Virus record (IMG/VR): IMGVR_UViG_3300048670_001567
Span: 30,536 to 94,535 of that record
DNA: 64,000 nt
Source: a virus
Lineage: Duplodnaviria > Caudoviricetes
Direction: 5' to 3' (one strand)
A model generated the notes under the pieces. The model saw only the letters and a list, made by a program, of their open reading frames with translations, did not search any database and was not told the DNA's origin. A program made the position numbers and the translations under genes. Below, piece by piece: positions 20,315-30,140 of the stretch. Position 1 is the first letter of the stretch; every line of letters begins with the position of its first letter.

Positions 20315-21160
20315 TTATGCAACCTTCATACAGGTGCTGCTGGCCAGGGCCTGCCACTTGGTGGGAAAGCTCTTGTAGAGCTGCGCAATCTTGACAGCCA
20401 TGCGCAGGCTGATCTCACGCAGACGCTCCTGATTGGTTTCCATGAAACTGATGACTTCGTCCTGAGCAACTGCACTCAGGTCCTGATCTTCAAAAAGTTC
20501 ACCAGTGCGAGCAATCTGGCGAATACGCAACAACTTGTCGCGAGTGGTATCCAGAGTCAGATCCAGATAGTGACAGCGGCTCTGCAAGGCATCCAGGTGA
20601 TCCCTGAGCTTGGCATTCTTGATCTGATCAAACTTGAGATTGGTGATGAAGATTACCGAACCTTTGAAATCAAACTGATTGGGCACGCCTTCACGACGCA
20701 GCATGTGGCTGTCACTGAGCCAGCTGATGCGGCGCTTCTTGCCCGAGTCCAGGGCACCTTTCAGCAGGTTCAGACACAGCTCGTCCATGAGGATGCTGTC
20801 ACAGTCATCAAACACCACCACCGAATTGGCATCACTGTACTTGTACAGAGTGCTGTAAAGTCCCAGAGCAGTGCTGGCGCCCTTGATGACTTCGGCGCGC
20901 AGACGCTTGCCAGCCACCTGATCAAACAACACTGCCTTGTCAATGATACGTTCAACGCCAAAACTCTTGCCCACGCCCGGGGGGCCTGAAACGATCATGG
21001 CACGAATCTCACCATTGGTGGCAGCCTTGGTCATGACATCTAGAATTTCAAAACGTTCAGCAATGCGCTGCATGACCTGCTCATCGGTTTCGACCGCAGC
21101 AGTGACCTGCGATTTGGCGGTGAACGGGACAACCGAGTTCTTACGGGTGGTGGTCTTCAT
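20315..21160 (-). CDS. AAA+ ATPase
   Basis: GPPGVGKS, VVFDDCD, IFITN, ALQSR. Confidence 0.9.
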   Translation of the reverse strand: MKTTTRKNSVVPFTAKSQVTAAVETDEQVMQRIAERFEILDVMTKAATNGEIRAMIVSGPPGVGKSFGVERIIDKAVLFDQVAGKRLRAEVIKGASTALGLYSTLYKYSDANSVVVFDDCDSILMDELCLNLLKGALDSGKKRRISWLSDSHMLRREGVPNQFDFKGSVIFITNLKFDQIKNAKLRDHLDALQSRCHYLDLTLDTTRDKLLRIRQIARTGELFEDQDLSAVAQDEVISFMETNQERLREISLRMAVKIAQLYKSFPTKWQALASSTCMKVA

Positions 21161-21207
21161 GGTCTGTGCTCCTGAAAGATTGTTGTGGTCGGTGCTGCAG
21201 TTTCAGT

Positions 21208-21236
21208 ATTATATGCGATGCTGCTGGATTTGTCAA
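21208..21236 (-). promoter_or_regulatory. consensus sigma70 early promoter
   Basis: TTGACA-17-TATAAT. Confidence 0.9.
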
Positions 21237-21242
21237 CCGGTA

Positions 21243-21584
21243 TCAGGCCACCAGCCAGTGTTGATCCAATTCCAGACGCAGAGTTTCTGAGCCATCATAT
21301 TCGTCGATTTGGAATCGGGTACCGCGCGGCACCCAATGTATGGTCAGACCATCGGCCCCGTCGTAATAGTCTTCTCCGTAGGTTTTATCACAGTAAGATA
21401 CGATGTCATCAGCCGATGCTTTATTCAGGACCATGTGCACAACCTGAGGATCGTACACCAGTTGCTCTACCTGATGCCAGGTATACCAGCCAGCACCATG
21501 GCCATGAGACAACAGTACTGCCACCCGACCTTGAGGGTCATAGGCACGATTTGCAATGATTTCCAGACTGTGTACAGCCATCAT
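21243..21584 (-). CDS. conserved phage early protein
   Basis: GHGAGWYTW and EYDGSE motifs. Confidence 0.75.
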   Translation of the reverse strand: MMAVHSLEIIANRAYDPQGRVAVLLSHGHGAGWYTWHQVEQLVYDPQVVHMVLNKASADDIVSYCDKTYGEDYYDGADGLTIHWVPRGTRFQIDEYDGSETLRLELDQHWLVA

Positions 21585-21604
21585 GGACTCCTATTGTGGC
21601 AGGG

Positions 21605-22000
21605 TTAGGCCGCTGCGGCCAGCAGTTGATCAGCAATTGCAGCCGATGCCCTGGCTTCCTGAATATAGCCAAAACGCAGACCCAGTCGGAACTCCAGGTA
21701 CTCGTCGTCACCCCGACTGTCATAAGTGTCGTGCAGCCAACGCAAAGCCATTTCAAAATCCCTAGCACCCAAGTGCTGGAGGCCGGCGATACGGCATTGG
21801 AAGTCATGCTCGGCTGCCTTTTGCGATTCACGCTCCAGCTCGCAGTTGCGCTCCATGGTGCCCAACATGCTGTCCCACAGGGCCTGTTTCTGATCACCGT
21901 TGAATGCGGCCCAGGCACTCCAGAAGTTGGCCTGGGGTCGGAAGCCATAGGCATCCTTGTGCAGGTCGCTGACGGTGTCTTCGTCGAAAGTGTAGGTCAT
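21605..22000 (-). CDS. conserved phage early protein
   Basis: start MTYTFDE after AGGAG; SDLHKDAYGFRP motif. Confidence 0.75.
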   Translation of the reverse strand: MTYTFDEDTVSDLHKDAYGFRPQANFWSAWAAFNGDQKQALWDSMLGTMERNCELERESQKAAEHDFQCRIAGLQHLGARDFEMALRWLHDTYDSRGDDEYLEFRLGLRFGYIQEARASAAIADQLLAAAA

Positions 22001-22033
22001 TTGATGTTGCTCCTGGTTGTTCACTGTATGGCC

Positions 22034-22062
22034 ATTATACGACCTTGACAAGAATTTGTCAA
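22034..22062 (-). promoter_or_regulatory. consensus sigma70 early promoter
   Basis: TTGACA-17-TATAAT. Confidence 0.9.
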
Positions 22063-22075
22063 CCAAAATCAGACG

Positions 22076-22450
22076 TCAATTGGGATTATCAAATTCCCAG
22101 TCATGATTGAACACTGTGATGTCTGTTCGATCAGCTAACTCATCCATGGTGTTCCCAATGGCCCGATCAGTCAGCGCATGATGCAACGCAGCCATTTCAT
22201 CGTCAGTGATGTGACTGGGTTCCAACCGTCCGTCAAACACTGCTCGAATATACAATTTACGTTCATCAGAAAAGAGATCAGGAGCCCCTAAGAAAATATC
22301 ATTATCGCTGCCACCGACCACCGTATCACAGATCGACGAATTCATCGAATGTACCTCCCAATAAGAATACCCAGAACCAACAGCAGCACAATCAACCCAA
22401 TCAGACTCATCGGTTGTTCTCCATAAAAAAACGACAGGCCTCATTTTCAT
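22076..22450 (-). CDS. hypothetical protein (start uncertain)
   Basis: ORF in early region. Confidence 0.45.
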   Translation of the reverse strand: MKMRPVVFLWRTTDESDWVDCAAVGSGYSYWEVHSMNSSICDTVVGGSDNDIFLGAPDLFSDERKLYIRAVFDGRLEPSHITDDEMAALHHALTDRAIGNTMDELADRTDITVFNHDWEFDNPN

Positions 22451-22731
22451 CCGGCCAAAAATGTTTGACTTGCCCGTTGACCTGGTACTCCAGATACTCC
22501 TGAATAACCTGATAGATGGTCACGCTGCGTTCGCGAGCCATTTGTTGCAGGATACCATTGGCGTAGTCAGATTCCATTATGCCTCCTCAAATGCTATTTG
22601 GTTGCTCAACTCACGTAACCAACTGTTTACATCCAGTACCCAGGCATCACTATCCAGCCATTCCTGGTGTTGTTGTTCCTGACAGGCAATTTCTGCTGCG
22701 GCATCAGAATGATCTAACATACAACGTCTCC

Positions 22732-23121
22732 TTAAGCAGTCACAATATAACCACGGTTCCAGCGGCCAATGTTGACATCCACATACCAACCCTTGTCAAA
22801 GTAATCGGTTTGGATGTCACTGTTGTCCCAGTTGCCGATATTCAGGGCGTCAATCAGTTCAGCCAGGGCCTCACGGGCCTCGCCTGCAAAATGATTGCGA
22901 TAGTGGTAGACATTGACGTCCAGGTTGGTGGGGCGTTGAGCCCAGGTGCGGCCCATAGTCTCCTGATTGTTGCCGATGAAGTCGATCTTGCCGCTGTTGA
23001 TGGTCAGTGTCACAGTGCTGTGATTGCGCACACTGATGCTGCCTTTGAGACCGTGCTTCTTGAGAATGGCCTTGACCTGGGGGGCGATTTGGGCCTTGCG
23101 TTCTTGACTAAAGTATGCCAT
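22732..23121 (-). CDS. conserved phage early protein
   Basis: DNSDIQTDYF motif, AGGAG RBS. Confidence 0.75.
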   Translation of the reverse strand: MAYFSQERKAQIAPQVKAILKKHGLKGSISVRNHSTVTLTINSGKIDFIGNNQETMGRTWAQRPTNLDVNVYHYRNHFAGEAREALAELIDALNIGNWDNSDIQTDYFDKGWYVDVNIGRWNRGYIVTA

Positions 23122-23155
23122 GGTCGCTGCTCCTGTATCGTTACGTTATGTAGCT

Positions 23156-23184
23156 ATTATACGACCTGTGCACCAAAAAGTCAA
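23156..23184 (-). promoter_or_regulatory. sigma70 early promoter
   Basis: TTGACT-17-TATAAT. Confidence 0.85.
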
Positions 23185-23203
23185 CCAGAATTTATTCTGC
23201 CAT

Positions 23204-23650
23204 CTATGTTTTCTTTAACGCCCAGCCCAGTTGACGAAAGTCGGCAGCAATTTCATCAGTGACTGTGCCCTCAGGAACAAATTTGTGTTGCTTCATAAAT
23301 TTCTCCGCTGCTTCAGCATCATAGTCTGCTATGCCGCCCATGCCTGAACAATACCAGTCCATGTAATCACCTTCCTGCCTCATGCCGGCCACTATGCCAC
23401 CAGCATGCCGCCAGCTGCAACTCCAGGTCTGATCTTTCAATATCTCCAGGATCTCCAACTTTTGCCACTTGGTATTGCATAAAGCAGCATAGACGTTTTG
23501 TGCATAGTCCTGGCGTGCGCATGCTTTGGCCAGAATCCAATCAGTGTTTAATAGATCTGACTCCAGACCGGGGTTTACAGGTTCCGTGTCTGATGACATC
23601 TGATCTGGAAAATTTTTTCCGAGGTCACCCAAGTAATCCTGATCGGACAT
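23204..23650 (-). CDS. conserved hypothetical protein
   Basis: YAALCN, WSCSWR.AGG and DYMDWYCSG motifs. Confidence 0.75.
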   Translation of the reverse strand: MSDQDYLGDLGKNFPDQMSSDTEPVNPGLESDLLNTDWILAKACARQDYAQNVYAALCNTKWQKLEILEILKDQTWSCSWRHAGGIVAGMRQEGDYMDWYCSGMGGIADYDAEAAEKFMKQHKFVPEGTVTDEIAADFRQLGWALKKT

Positions 23651-23788
23651 TCAGATCACTGTTAGGAAAAAAGCAGTCCCAGGGCAACAAACAAACAAAC
23701 CACTGCAATGGCCATCTGAAATGCGCTGACTTCTCGTTCAATCAATTCTTCGTAATGTTCCAAATCTTCCTGACGCTTTTGCTGAATC

Positions 23789-24007
23789 TTAATCATGTCC
23801 ATTTTCACCGTCTCCTTTGGAGTTAAATTGCTGCTCACCTCGAACAACCTCTGCTGCTATCTGCTGTGCCGTGAATGGAAATAAATCAGGAAACACGGCG
23901 TGTATAAAACTACTTATACTGGCTATAAGAAATTTAAAACCCATGTTTGCAGCATAATAGAAATGTTGCCAGTAACCAATTTTTCTTAGTTTTAAATGTT
24001 TAAACAT
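23789..24007 (-). CDS. small membrane-associated protein (DUF6356-like)
   Basis: HL...YWQHF...IHAVFP.LF pattern. Confidence 0.5.
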   Translation of the reverse strand: MFKHLKLRKIGYWQHFYYAANMGFKFLIASISSFIHAVFPDLFPFTAQQIAAEVVRGEQQFNSKGDGENGHD

Positions 24008-24812
24008 CAAATCCCTCGCTGGGATCAAACTCATCAGGACGACTTTCGTGCCCCACGTATCCACGGGGATTGCACATGACACGAGTGTCGCCGATGATAT
24101 AATCAAATGGATCATGAGTGTGTCCGTGCACCCAATACCGAATCTGTGGATGATCCAGGATCAGATCACTAAGATCGCTGCGATACCCACCGCACATATA
24201 AAGATCATTGCAATAAGGAGGCGCAATGCTGAGATCGCTGGGAGCATGGTGTGTGATGACCACTACTTTTCGATCCTGGTGTTCAGACAATTGCCCCCCA
24301 AGCCAGTCCTTGGTCTGCTGATGAATTTTGGCAGTATCGCGAGGATGCAATTTTCTATAACCACCGCCGTCCCAGGTAATGACTCGGTAATCATTCATAC
24401 CGGACTTCAAAGTTTCCATGGTCACAGGACACCCACGATTACAGTCAGTCCACATGGTGGCACCCAGAAATACCACATCGTCGATGATGACAGTGTCTTG
24501 TTCCAGCAGCTGAACCTTTTCCGGCAGGCAGGTCCTGAGCTCACGGGCAGTCCGGTTCAATTTGCCGTGGTAGTGCTCGTGGTTGCCCATGACATACAGC
24601 ACGTGCTGATACTTTGTGCATTCTTCCCAGAAAAAACGTGCTGCGCGGTCTGGGCAACGGCCGCTGGGGTCTTTGAGGGTGTCAGGGGTGTATGGGTGCT
24701 TGGCCAAGGTACGACTTTCACAGGCATCACCCGCAATGATCAGAACTTCTCCGCCAGGCAGTTCCAAATCGCCAAATTCCAAATGAAGATCTGATATTAA
24801 ATTGACTTTCAT
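24000..24812 (-). CDS. calcineurin-like metallophosphoesterase
   Basis: SDLH, AGD, GNHE, THH and HGHTH motifs. Confidence 0.92.
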   Translation of the reverse strand: MKVNLISDLHLEFGDLELPGGEVLIIAGDACESRTLAKHPYTPDTLKDPSGRCPDRAARFFWEECTKYQHVLYVMGNHEHYHGKLNRTARELRTCLPEKVQLLEQDTVIIDDVVFLGATMWTDCNRGCPVTMETLKSGMNDYRVITWDGGGYRKLHPRDTAKIHQQTKDWLGGQLSEHQDRKVVVITHHAPSDLSIAPPYCNDLYMCGGYRSDLSDLILDHPQIRYWVHGHTHDPFDYIIGDTRVMCNPRGYVGHESRPDEFDPSEGFDV

Positions 24813-24865
24813 GTGATTGATCTGTTTTTATCCAGGTTATACCAGATAATATAGCATGAAATTAT

Positions 24866-25636
24866 TCAGACAGTCAAATTTTGATCAGATATTTCAAAAA
24901 TCCAGCGTTCAAAAATATTATCGTCAGCGTAATCTAGAGTTATCCAGCAATAGCCACCGGCTCCCCAGAAAATGCCATAACTGTTCTTGGCCAGAAACAA
25001 TTTTTTATCCAGGTCATAACCCACCAGTACCATGGCATGATCTCCCTCTGACTCGGTGTTGGCGTCGGGCAAAGAAATTGTTGCATTGTTGGCTCTTAGA
25101 TTTTCAAATCCTGGGTATATACTCATGCCTATGACCACTGGCAGATTCTGATTGAGTGCATCCAAGGTGTCTGCGTTATCATTCAGTCTTTGATAATTGG
25201 TAATGGATCTGGTGTCAGCTTCCCGATAGCAGTCATCAGTGGGTCGCACATTGACCAGATCACGCTGATAGGGCCACAACTCTTCTTTACAAACACCATA
25301 TTGCTGCAGGCTTTTTAATGCACTTCTCAGTGTGGTTATTCCTGCATCTGTTGTTTCTGATCCTTCCAGTAGTCTGGCATTGTAATAAACAAACAATCTG
25401 CTCAGTTCAACAAACTGATCGGGATACCTTTGTTTTACCTGCAATTCATAACTGTTGGTGATGGCATTGCCCGAGCAACTGCCCAACAGATGCTGATCTT
25501 CTATCAGAGAATCCCAGGATCTCAGATCTACTGATTTTCTGAGATCTTTACCCGTTTTCTGATAGATGTGATCACGACCATCAGGCCGACTCTGACCGAT
25601 GGGAAAATCATTCAGCATTGTTGTTCCTGGTGCCAC
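24866..25636 (-). CDS. papain-like cysteine protease (C1A)
   Basis: VDLR, DQ.LLGSC, LSRLFVYYNAR, HAMVLVGY, KNSYG.WG..GY. Confidence 0.92.
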   Translation of the reverse strand: MAPGTTMLNDFPIGQSRPDGRDHIYQKTGKDLRKSVDLRSWDSLIEDQHLLGSCSGNAITNSYELQVKQRYPDQFVELSRLFVYYNARLLEGSETTDAGITTLRSALKSLQQYGVCKEELWPYQRDLVNVRPTDDCYREADTRSITNYQRLNDNADTLDALNQNLPVVIGMSIYPGFENLRANNATISLPDANTESEGDHAMVLVGYDLDKKLFLAKNSYGIFWGAGGYCWITLDYADDNIFERWIFEISDQNLTV

Positions 25637-26174
25637 GTATTTCTTCTATCTTTCGAAGCAGAGACGGCAGTATACCTGTAGGCTCGGGCTCTGCCGCTCG
25701 GGCTTCTTTCATATAATCCATCAACTCCTGCACTGTGGGTGTGGGGGTAACTGTTGACGTTGTATCCGCTACTTCAACGTTGACAGTTTCCCTGACGTTG
25801 GCATCCATAGGTTCAGTAAATTCAATACTTTCCACAGCAACATCAGATTCAGGCTCTACAACAACAATATCTGGAGAAATGTCAGTATCAGATTTTACTG
25901 GTTCAGTGTTTGGTGGTTTTAACTCCTTTGTTGATGATTGACTCAGAAACTCCAGAAGTTTCTGAGCTCGAGCAATGATGTCATTTTCGTTAGGGTAGGG
26001 TGGAATTGGTGGATATGCCAGACGGACACGGCGTGTGCGCCAGAGTTCGTTGGATTCCACCAGCCACTGATTGTGCATTTCTGCTCGACGATCTGTGTGC
26101 TCGTTAATCACCAGTTCACGAGCCATGCGTAATATTTCCAAACTGTTAGAATCGAACTCAGGCATCATGCTCAC
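25608..26174 (-). CDS. hypothetical protein, paralogue of 29709..30140
   Basis: shared EIL(R/K)MARE...H.QWL...W...YP.E.DI.ARA domain. Confidence 0.75.
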   Translation of the reverse strand: MSMMPEFDSNSLEILRMARELVINEHTDRRAEMHNQWLVESNELWRTRRVRLAYPPIPPYPNENDIIARAQKLLEFLSQSSTKELKPPNTEPVKSDTDISPDIVVVEPESDVAVESIEFTEPMDANVRETVNVEVADTTSTVTPTPTVQELMDYMKEARAAEPEPTGILPSLLRKIEEIRGTRNNNAE

Positions 26175-26884
26175 CCAAAGATTGGATTGTCAAATCTGGT
26201 GGGCCTCAGAGATATAATTCCTCGGGCCAGGACTTCTGATAGGCCCAGATCAGGAGGATTTCCTGATATCAGATATTCTGACGCTCTGCGTAGACCGTCA
26301 CTGTCCAGGGACCAATTTTTGGCCATTCGGGCCTGAGTCTGGTCAACAATTGCTCCAGCGATTGCTGTCAATAAATCCATTACAGACTGCTGTGGCCATT
26401 GATTGGGAGCCAGATCATACAGGGCTTTAGATAAAGAGCCGATTTGATTTCTCAATTCAGTTTGTGCCATGGATACATCTTTATTTTCCACCAGACTATC
26501 AATCACTGCAACCAGACGATTGGTCAGATTGGAAAATTCTGTGCCTATTCCTTGAGCATCTGCCGACAAAAAAAACGGACTAACCAAGGGCATGAGTTTC
26601 GTCAGATTCTGATCGATTAATTTTCTAGCATCAACAGTAGCAGCAGCATCGCCAGAAATTTTGTTGACAATATAATTTCTCAGGTATGTCAAATAGTTGC
26701 TAAAATAATCCTTGGACATCATTCTCAGGGCCACTGCAGCAGGATTATATTCTATATTGCTGAAGGCGCCAGCCATTATGCGTTGTCCCTGAGTCATGGT
26801 GTTGCCACACTGCATTGCTGCAGTTGCTATTGCGGGGTGATCGTAATGTTCTTCTACAATATTGTGTGTAATTTTTTTGTACAT
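26171..26884 (-). CDS. helical-bundle protein, paralogue of 30390..31094
   Basis: shared MYKKITH.IVEEH N-terminus and P.QWP and RGII motifs. Confidence 0.75.
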   Translation of the reverse strand: MYKKITHNIVEEHYDHPAIATAAMQCGNTMTQGQRIMAGAFSNIEYNPAAVALRMMSKDYFSNYLTYLRNYIVNKISGDAAATVDARKLIDQNLTKLMPLVSPFFLSADAQGIGTEFSNLTNRLVAVIDSLVENKDVSMAQTELRNQIGSLSKALYDLAPNQWPQQSVMDLLTAIAGAIVDQTQARMAKNWSLDSDGLRRASEYLISGNPPDLGLSEVLARGIISLRPTRFDNPIFG

Positions 26885-26901
26885 TTTAAATTCTCCTTGT
26901 G

Positions 26902-27513
26902 TTAAGTTTGACTCATGTAAGTTACTGTGCCCACCAGAATGGTTCCAACTTTGACATCATCTATGACAAGATTGGTCAAACTCTGGCCAGGGTTCTGCTG
27001 ATACCACATGGTGGCCGAAGTGCTGGCAGATATAACAGTGCCGCCCAGGTAATTGACATTTTTATCAAAGTCTTTGTAGTAGGAAATCAGAACCGATCCC
27101 ACTGCACCAGTGTCGGTGATGCTGGTGAATGGCAGTCCGGTCAGTACTATTGGCTTATCAGAACCGCCTGTGATGGCAGTGATTTTAATGTCAAAAGTGC
27201 AAGTAACCAATTGACCAATTTTTGTGTATTTGGCATTACGTGTGCTGATGGTGATGCTGCCGGTGGGGCTGGGCACCAATGCAGGTGTCCAGGTGCCAAA
27301 GGCATAACTGGGACCACCACCGCCACCATTGGCACTGATGGTACCATCGGGGGTGACTGATATGTTGGCACCAATCTTGACCACACCCAGGGTAGTGGTG
27401 GTGGCTATTTCAGCATCCAGCACCACAGGTGCTATGGCCTGCGTGGGTGGCAAGGGAGTCTGTTTCAATCCCTGTCCTGCTCGGGTCACTGCTGGTGGTC
27501 TGGTGTATGCCAT
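26902..27513 (-). CDS. fibre/adhesin-like protein
   Basis: ATTTTLGVVKIG motif and GTWTP...YTKIG.LV...TGLPF tail-fibre-tip-like domain. Confidence 0.65.
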   Translation of the reverse strand: MAYTRPPAVTRAGQGLKQTPLPPTQAIAPVVLDAEIATTTTLGVVKIGANISVTPDGTISANGGGGGPSYAFGTWTPALVPSPTGSITISTRNAKYTKIGQLVTCTFDIKITAITGGSDKPIVLTGLPFTSITDTGAVGSVLISYYKDFDKNVNYLGGTVISASTSATMWYQQNPGQSLTNLVIDDVKVGTILVGTVTYMSQT

Positions 27514-27522
27514 GATTTTTCC

Positions 27523-28134
27523 TTAGACTGCGTTCCAGTTGGTGCCACGGAAGATCAGTGTCACACTGCCATCAGTGTCGGCAATGATGGCATAACTGCT
27601 GGTGTTTTCAATGGTTTCAGCACCATTGGGCACAATGGTGATGTTGCCAGTGTTGGTGACTTCACTCTTGATGATATAGGTGTTGCCGGCTCCGCCCACT
27701 GGCAAATTGATGGTCACCGCAGCGTTGGCTCTGACACCAATATAATAGTCGGATGCCAGGGCAGTGTAGGGACTGTCGGCCTGACTGATCAACCGGGTGG
27801 CCACATTGGGGCTGGCTGATGCTGCTATGGTCAGACTGGGCGCAACACCGGTGATGGTGATGTTATCGCCAGCTGTCAGCGAGGTGATGACTCGATTGCC
27901 GTTGTCCAACACCTGCCCACCACTGATGTTACCCAGAGCAACTATGTCATTGATGACATTTATGGTGTTGCCCACAAACAGATCAAAAGTGGATGAAATA
28001 TTACCAAATGTCACATTGGCAGTGGTGGAAATATCTTGTGGTATATCAACAACACCAGTGGTGACACTGATGTTGGCTCCTACTTCTACTACGCCATACC
28101 GGGTTTTTGATGCCAAGGGTGAATTATATGCCAT
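27523..28134 (-). CDS. fibre/adhesin-like protein
   Basis: YGVVEVGANISV N-terminal motif; C-terminal beta domain shared with 29233..29712. Confidence 0.65.
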   Translation of the reverse strand: MAYNSPLASKTRYGVVEVGANISVTTGVVDIPQDISTTANVTFGNISSTFDLFVGNTINVINDIVALGNISGGQVLDNGNRVITSLTAGDNITITGVAPSLTIAASASPNVATRLISQADSPYTALASDYYIGVRANAAVTINLPVGGAGNTYIIKSEVTNTGNITIVPNGAETIENTSSYAIIADTDGSVTLIFRGTNWNAV

Positions 28135-28137
28135 TTT

Positions 28138-28698
28138 TTATTTTCCTTTTAATTTAATTTCTAAAACAACTTTCTGTGTGTTGGTGCCGTCCTCAGTTTC
28201 AGCGGTGGCGCCAGTCGCAGTTTCGGTGTCTGTTTCGGTATCATCGTCACCGCCGATGATTTCTTCATAGTTTTTCATATTCAAAACATCACCGTCTTCA
28301 CTGAGATCAATTAAATTTTCAGTAATTTCATGTAATACCACATCAGTGCCAGCATCTTCCTTGGCATATTCCAGCAATCTGATCATCAGGGGCACTGTTA
28401 CCTTGATGGCATTGGATTCATCAGCCAGGACTGGATTGGAGTTACCATTCATGATACCAGCATGTTGTTGCCAGCCTGCGCACCAGTAGCGTGGTTTGAC
28501 TCGGGCTGACCATTTGTTACAGTAGTAGGATCTCAGATCAAAATGCTGACAATTGCTGCAAAATTGGTCGGCAGGAGCATTGCCGTAGACTGCAGGCTGG
28601 TAACTGTCGGGCAGTGACTCTGGTATGGGTTGTCCGTTGGGGTAAACTCGGGGTCTGACGTACATGATGGTTTCCTTTATAATTGTATGATGGTGCAT
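28138..28698 (-). CDS. HiPIP-like 4-Cys domain fused to a helical domain
   Basis: Y...CSNCQHF...C..W..V.P..WC..W resembles high-potential Fe-S proteins; VPLMIRLLEYAKED domain follows. Confidence 0.55.
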   Translation of the reverse strand: MHHHTIIKETIMYVRPRVYPNGQPIPESLPDSYQPAVYGNAPADQFCSNCQHFDLRSYYCNKWSARVKPRYWCAGWQQHAGIMNGNSNPVLADESNAIKVTVPLMIRLLEYAKEDAGTDVVLHEITENLIDLSEDGDVLNMKNYEEIIGGDDDTETDTETATGATAETEDGTNTQKVVLEIKLKGK

Positions 28699-29231
28699 CT
28701 TGCGCTGGTGGTCACTGGTCTGACCGGAGCCACTTGGGCAGGGGTACTCAATATTCGCATGGCTGTGTCGGTGCTCTGCCAGGCCACTTGCGTATTGTCT
28801 CCTGCATTAAGTGCCAGAGTAAAGTTCCAGCTGGCCACCAAAACCCCCAATCCCCCAGTAATAGAAATTTGAGAGTTGGTGTCTGGATAGTTGACACCGT
28901 TGCGCACCAACCAGATGTCTGCCAAATCGGTGCCGGCGTCGGTTTTGTCCATCTGCAATACGAATTGAAAATTATAGTTGGCAGTTTTACTCACAGTGAC
29001 CTGTGTGCCAGCCACCAGAGTGATGCCCACGTTAATGGCTGCGTTGTTGAAGCTGACAATATTAACAGCACCGGCCACGGGGTTGGTCTGTGTGACCGTG
29101 CTGTAAAAATATGCCTGATTCAACAGCGCCACAGGTACCACACTGACTACTCCATCGCTGGAGGTCAGGTTATTGCCCGGACGCATTACACCGTATTTGA
29201 CATTTGATGTGATGGGCGCGTTATAGGACAT
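28677..29231 (-). CDS. C1q/BclA-CTD-like fibre tip protein
   Basis: YGVMRPGNNL N-terminal motif; jelly-roll pattern ANYNFQF...IWL..NG...LNAGD. Confidence 0.55.
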   Translation of the reverse strand: MSYNAPITSNVKYGVMRPGNNLTSSDGVVSVVPVALLNQAYFYSTVTQTNPVAGAVNIVSFNNAAINVGITLVAGTQVTVSKTANYNFQFVLQMDKTDAGTDLADIWLVRNGVNYPDTNSQISITGGLGVLVASWNFTLALNAGDNTQVAWQSTDTAMRILSTPAQVAPVRPVTTSARCTIIQL

Positions 29232-29232
29232 T

Positions 29233-29712
29233 TTAGGTCACGTTCCATTCAGTTCCATTAAACACCACGGTGATGCTGCCATAGTCCAGGTCGATGACAT
29301 AATTGGCCTGACCGTCAATGGTGGTACCAGCAGGCACCACGTTGATGTTGTTGGTGGTGGCGTCACCGTCAATGTCCTTGATCACATAAACTTTACCAGT
29401 CACACTGACCGGCAAGTTCAGTGTCACGGGACCTGCCACATCCACACCCAGAAAGTATTGAGCACTGTTGGCAGTGAAGGGTGTAGTAGTAATTATTGTC
29501 ACTGGCACGTTTGCAAGTGTGCCGGCAGGCCCTGGTGGCCCTGGTGGCCCAGGTGGCCCAGGTGGTCCGACACCACCACCAATGTTGATGATGTCATTGC
29601 CCAGCCCACCAAAATTACTGGTGGCAATCTGCGGGACTGCGGTGGGCACAACTGGGCGTCGGAATATTGCAGGACGTCTGCGAGCAGGCAGAAACAATGA
29701 TAATGGTATCAT
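29233..29712 (-). CDS. short collagen-like protein with C-terminal beta domain
   Basis: (GPP)4GPA triplets. Confidence 0.8.
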   Translation of the reverse strand: MIPLSLFLPARRRPAIFRRPVVPTAVPQIATSNFGGLGNDIINIGGGVGPPGPPGPPGPPGPAGTLANVPVTIITTTPFTANSAQYFLGVDVAGPVTLNLPVSVTGKVYVIKDIDGDATTNNINVVPAGTTIDGQANYVIDLDYGSITVVFNGTEWNVT

Positions 29713-30140
29713 GATTTACTCCAAGTGGCTCGAAGCCGATTGAATCGGTCCATGATGCCGTCGGTGGCTGCGGTGACCTCTGTGAATAAGTTGTTGTCCA
29801 CAGTTGCAGCTGGCTCAGTGTTGGCTTCAGTATTGACGGGTTCAACTACAATTGCAGGTTGAACTTGTGTTGTTGTGGTGTCAACTGAAGGGTCACTGAC
29901 TAATAGTGTCTTGCTTAACTCAATGGCGCGGGCCAATATGTCAGTCTCTGAAGGATATAGTGGTGGTATGGGATAGGGCAGCAATGCACCTTTGGTGCGC
30001 CAGGCCTCATCAGCATCTCGCAACCACTGCAGATGATCTTCAGCACGTTGAGCGATAAACTCGCTGACCAATTGCTCTCGGGCCATCTTTAAAATTTCCA
30101 CATTTTTTGATAGGGTTTCTGAAGTCATGATGTTATCCAA
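29709..30140 (-). CDS. hypothetical protein, paralogue of 25608..26174
   Basis: shared N-terminal domain. Confidence 0.75.
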   Translation of the reverse strand: MDNIMTSETLSKNVEILKMAREQLVSEFIAQRAEDHLQWLRDADEAWRTKGALLPYPIPPLYPSETDILARAIELSKTLLVSDPSVDTTTTQVQPAIVVEPVNTEANTEPAATVDNNLFTEVTAATDGIMDRFNRLRATWSKS

